This document shows positions 62,547-64,000 of a stretch of 64,000 nucleotides of DNA, in pieces; the stretch's first letter is position 1, and each line of letters opens with the position of its first letter. Source of the stretch: Candidatus Eremiobacteria bacterium (lineage in GTDB: Bacteria > Vulcanimicrobiota > Vulcanimicrobiia > Vulcanimicrobiales > Vulcanimicrobiaceae). The stretch lies in NCBI GenBank assembly GCA_963758295.1, contig CAVWUU010000004.1, positions 1,120,001 to 1,184,000 of the forward strand, given 5' to 3'. Under the pieces are notes generated by a model. The model made no database searches, was not told the DNA's origin, and saw nothing but the letters and a program-made list of their open reading frames with translations. The translations under genes and the position numbers were made by a program.

Positions 62547-64000
62547 GTCAAGCGCAGGTCGGCGAGATCGAGATCGTACTCGATGTCCCGGTAGACGGAG
62601 TCGGGAATCTCGCCCGCGCCCCGGAGGCGCCGGATCTCGCTACGCTCGGCCCTGAGCGCTTCGTTTTGAAGGCGATGGTCGATCGAGCTTTCGGGAGGCT
62701 CCTCGCCGCCGTCTTCTTCGCCTTTGAGATGCCCCTGCAAATGGTCGATGCGGTCTTCGTACTCGCGTAACAGGCGGCCGGCTACTTCCCATTCAACGGC
62801 CGAATCAAAGGGTTCTAGCTCGTGGAGGCGCTCCAAACCGGCTTTGAGCGCTTTGATGCGCACGCTCGTCCCTTGCCGCTGCGCGCTGCTTTCCTCGCTT
62901 ACGCCAAGCCACTTGATCAGCGGCGAGAGCGTTAGCCCCTGGCCCACCAGGGTGACGAGGATGACGGCGACGGTGATCACGATGATTTCCGCGCGTCCTT
63001 GCAGCGGCGTCCCGGCCGAATTCGTGTATGGCAACGCCAGCGCGGCCGCCAGCGAAACGATGCCGCGCATGCCCGAATACCCAACGAGCAAAAGCGCTTG
63101 CCACGATGCGGAGCCGTTCTTTCTTACGCGCGGCAATAACAGACGGCTGAGGTGATACGCCGCAAATACCCAAACGATGCGGACGACGATGACGGCAACG
63201 CATACCACCGCCGCATCCCAGGCGAACGTTTTCCACGGCGCGTTCATCGAAGAAAGAATGGGGCGCAGCCGCATGCCGATGAGCAAAAAGACGAACGCGT
63301 TTAGCAAGAACGTCATCAAATCCCAAACCGACGCTCCTACGACGCGGCTTTCGGAACTCATGACGACCGGCGCGCGGCGCCCGAGAGTAATGCCGGCCGT
63401 CACGGCCGCTAAGACGCCCGATACGCCAAGGGCTTCGGCGGGCAGATACGCCGCGTACGGGACGATCAGCAGCACGACCGTAACCAGCATCGCGTCATCG
63501 AGGTCGTGATCTCGCAGAAAGCGCAGCGCCGCAACGAATACGTAAGAACAAAGGAAGCCGATGACGATCCCGCCGATGGCTACTACGACGAAATTTAGCG
63601 TGGCGGCGCGCAACGAAAACGTTCCGGCGACCGCGGCTGCGACGGCAAAGCGGTAAAGCACCAGCGCGGTGGCGTCGTTTACAAGGCTTTCGCCGGTCAA
63701 GATCGCCATGATGCGCCGTGGAATCGAAAATCGTTCGAAAATCGCTTCGGCGGCAACGGCATCGGGCGGCGCGACGATGGCGCCGAGCGCAAACGCGAGC
63801 GGCCACGAAAGGCCAAACGCGTGATGCGCCAGCATCGCCACGACGATCGCCGTTACTAAAACGAGTCCAACGGCGAGCAACGCAATGGTCCGAATATCTC
63901 GCTTGAACGCGAACCAGTCGGTAGTCCACCCGCCGAAGATCAAGAGCGGCGGAAGCACGATCAAAAAAATCAACTGCGGATCGAGCGAGAACGTCGGCAA
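62543..64000 (-). CDS. CPA1 family Na+/H+ antiporter (5' end outside the window)
   Basis: IVLPPLLI, APPDAVA, GESLVNDATAL, GMRGIVSLAAAL. Confidence 0.9.
   Translation of the reverse strand: MPTFSLDPQLIFLIVLPPLLIFGGWTTDWFAFKRDIRTIALLAVGLVLVTAIVVAMLAHHAFGLSWPLAFALGAIVAPPDAVAAEAIFERFSIPRRIMAILTGESLVNDATALVLYRFAVAAAVAGTFSLRAATLNFVVVAIGGIVIGFLCSYVFVAALRFLRDHDLDDAMLVTVVLLIVPYAAYLPAEALGVSGVLAAVTAGITLGRRAPVVMSSESRVVGASVWDLMTFLLNAFVFLLIGMRLRPILSSMNAPWKTFAWDAAVVCVAVIVVRIVWVFAAYHLSRLLLPRVRKNGSASWQALLLVGYSGMRGIVSLAAALALPYTNSAGTPLQGRAEIIVITVAVILVTLVGQGLTLSPLIKWLGVSEESSAQRQGTSVRIKALKAGLERLHELEPFDSAVEWEVAGRLLREYEDRIDHLQGHLKGEEDGGEEPPESSIDHRLQNEALRAERSEIRRLRGAGEIPDSVYRDIEYDLDLADLRLT

Overview
GC-rich bacterial chromosomal window. 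Gene style and content are consistent with a soil bacterium, possibly Ca. Eremiobacterota/Vulcanimicrobiota (inference only). From left to right it holds: the 3' end of serS; a Tyr-Tyr-Tyr leader-peptide attenuator in front of a heme-oxygenase-like diiron (TenA/PqqC/CADD-like) gene; redox and metal genes; kup; tRNA-Ser(UGA); a GH47 mannosidase followed by a 9-unit palindromic REP/REPIN tandem array; lipid, DNA-repair and Trp-catabolism genes; a six-gene divergent chaperone-usher-like fibre operon back-to-back with a sigma28-type flagellin; an M-box riboswitch controlling an MgtE-N/CBS plus Nramp pair; signalling and nitrogen genes; the complete nuoA-N operon; and a partial CPA1 antiporter. About 34.8-41.5 kb and 43-54.5 kb are full of single-base indels that most likely reflect long-read consensus errors, so gene boundaries there are approximate. 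The best candidates for undescribed biology are the Tyr-attenuated diiron oxidase and the atypical chaperone-usher-like system, whose subunits share donor-strand-like and C-terminal motifs.
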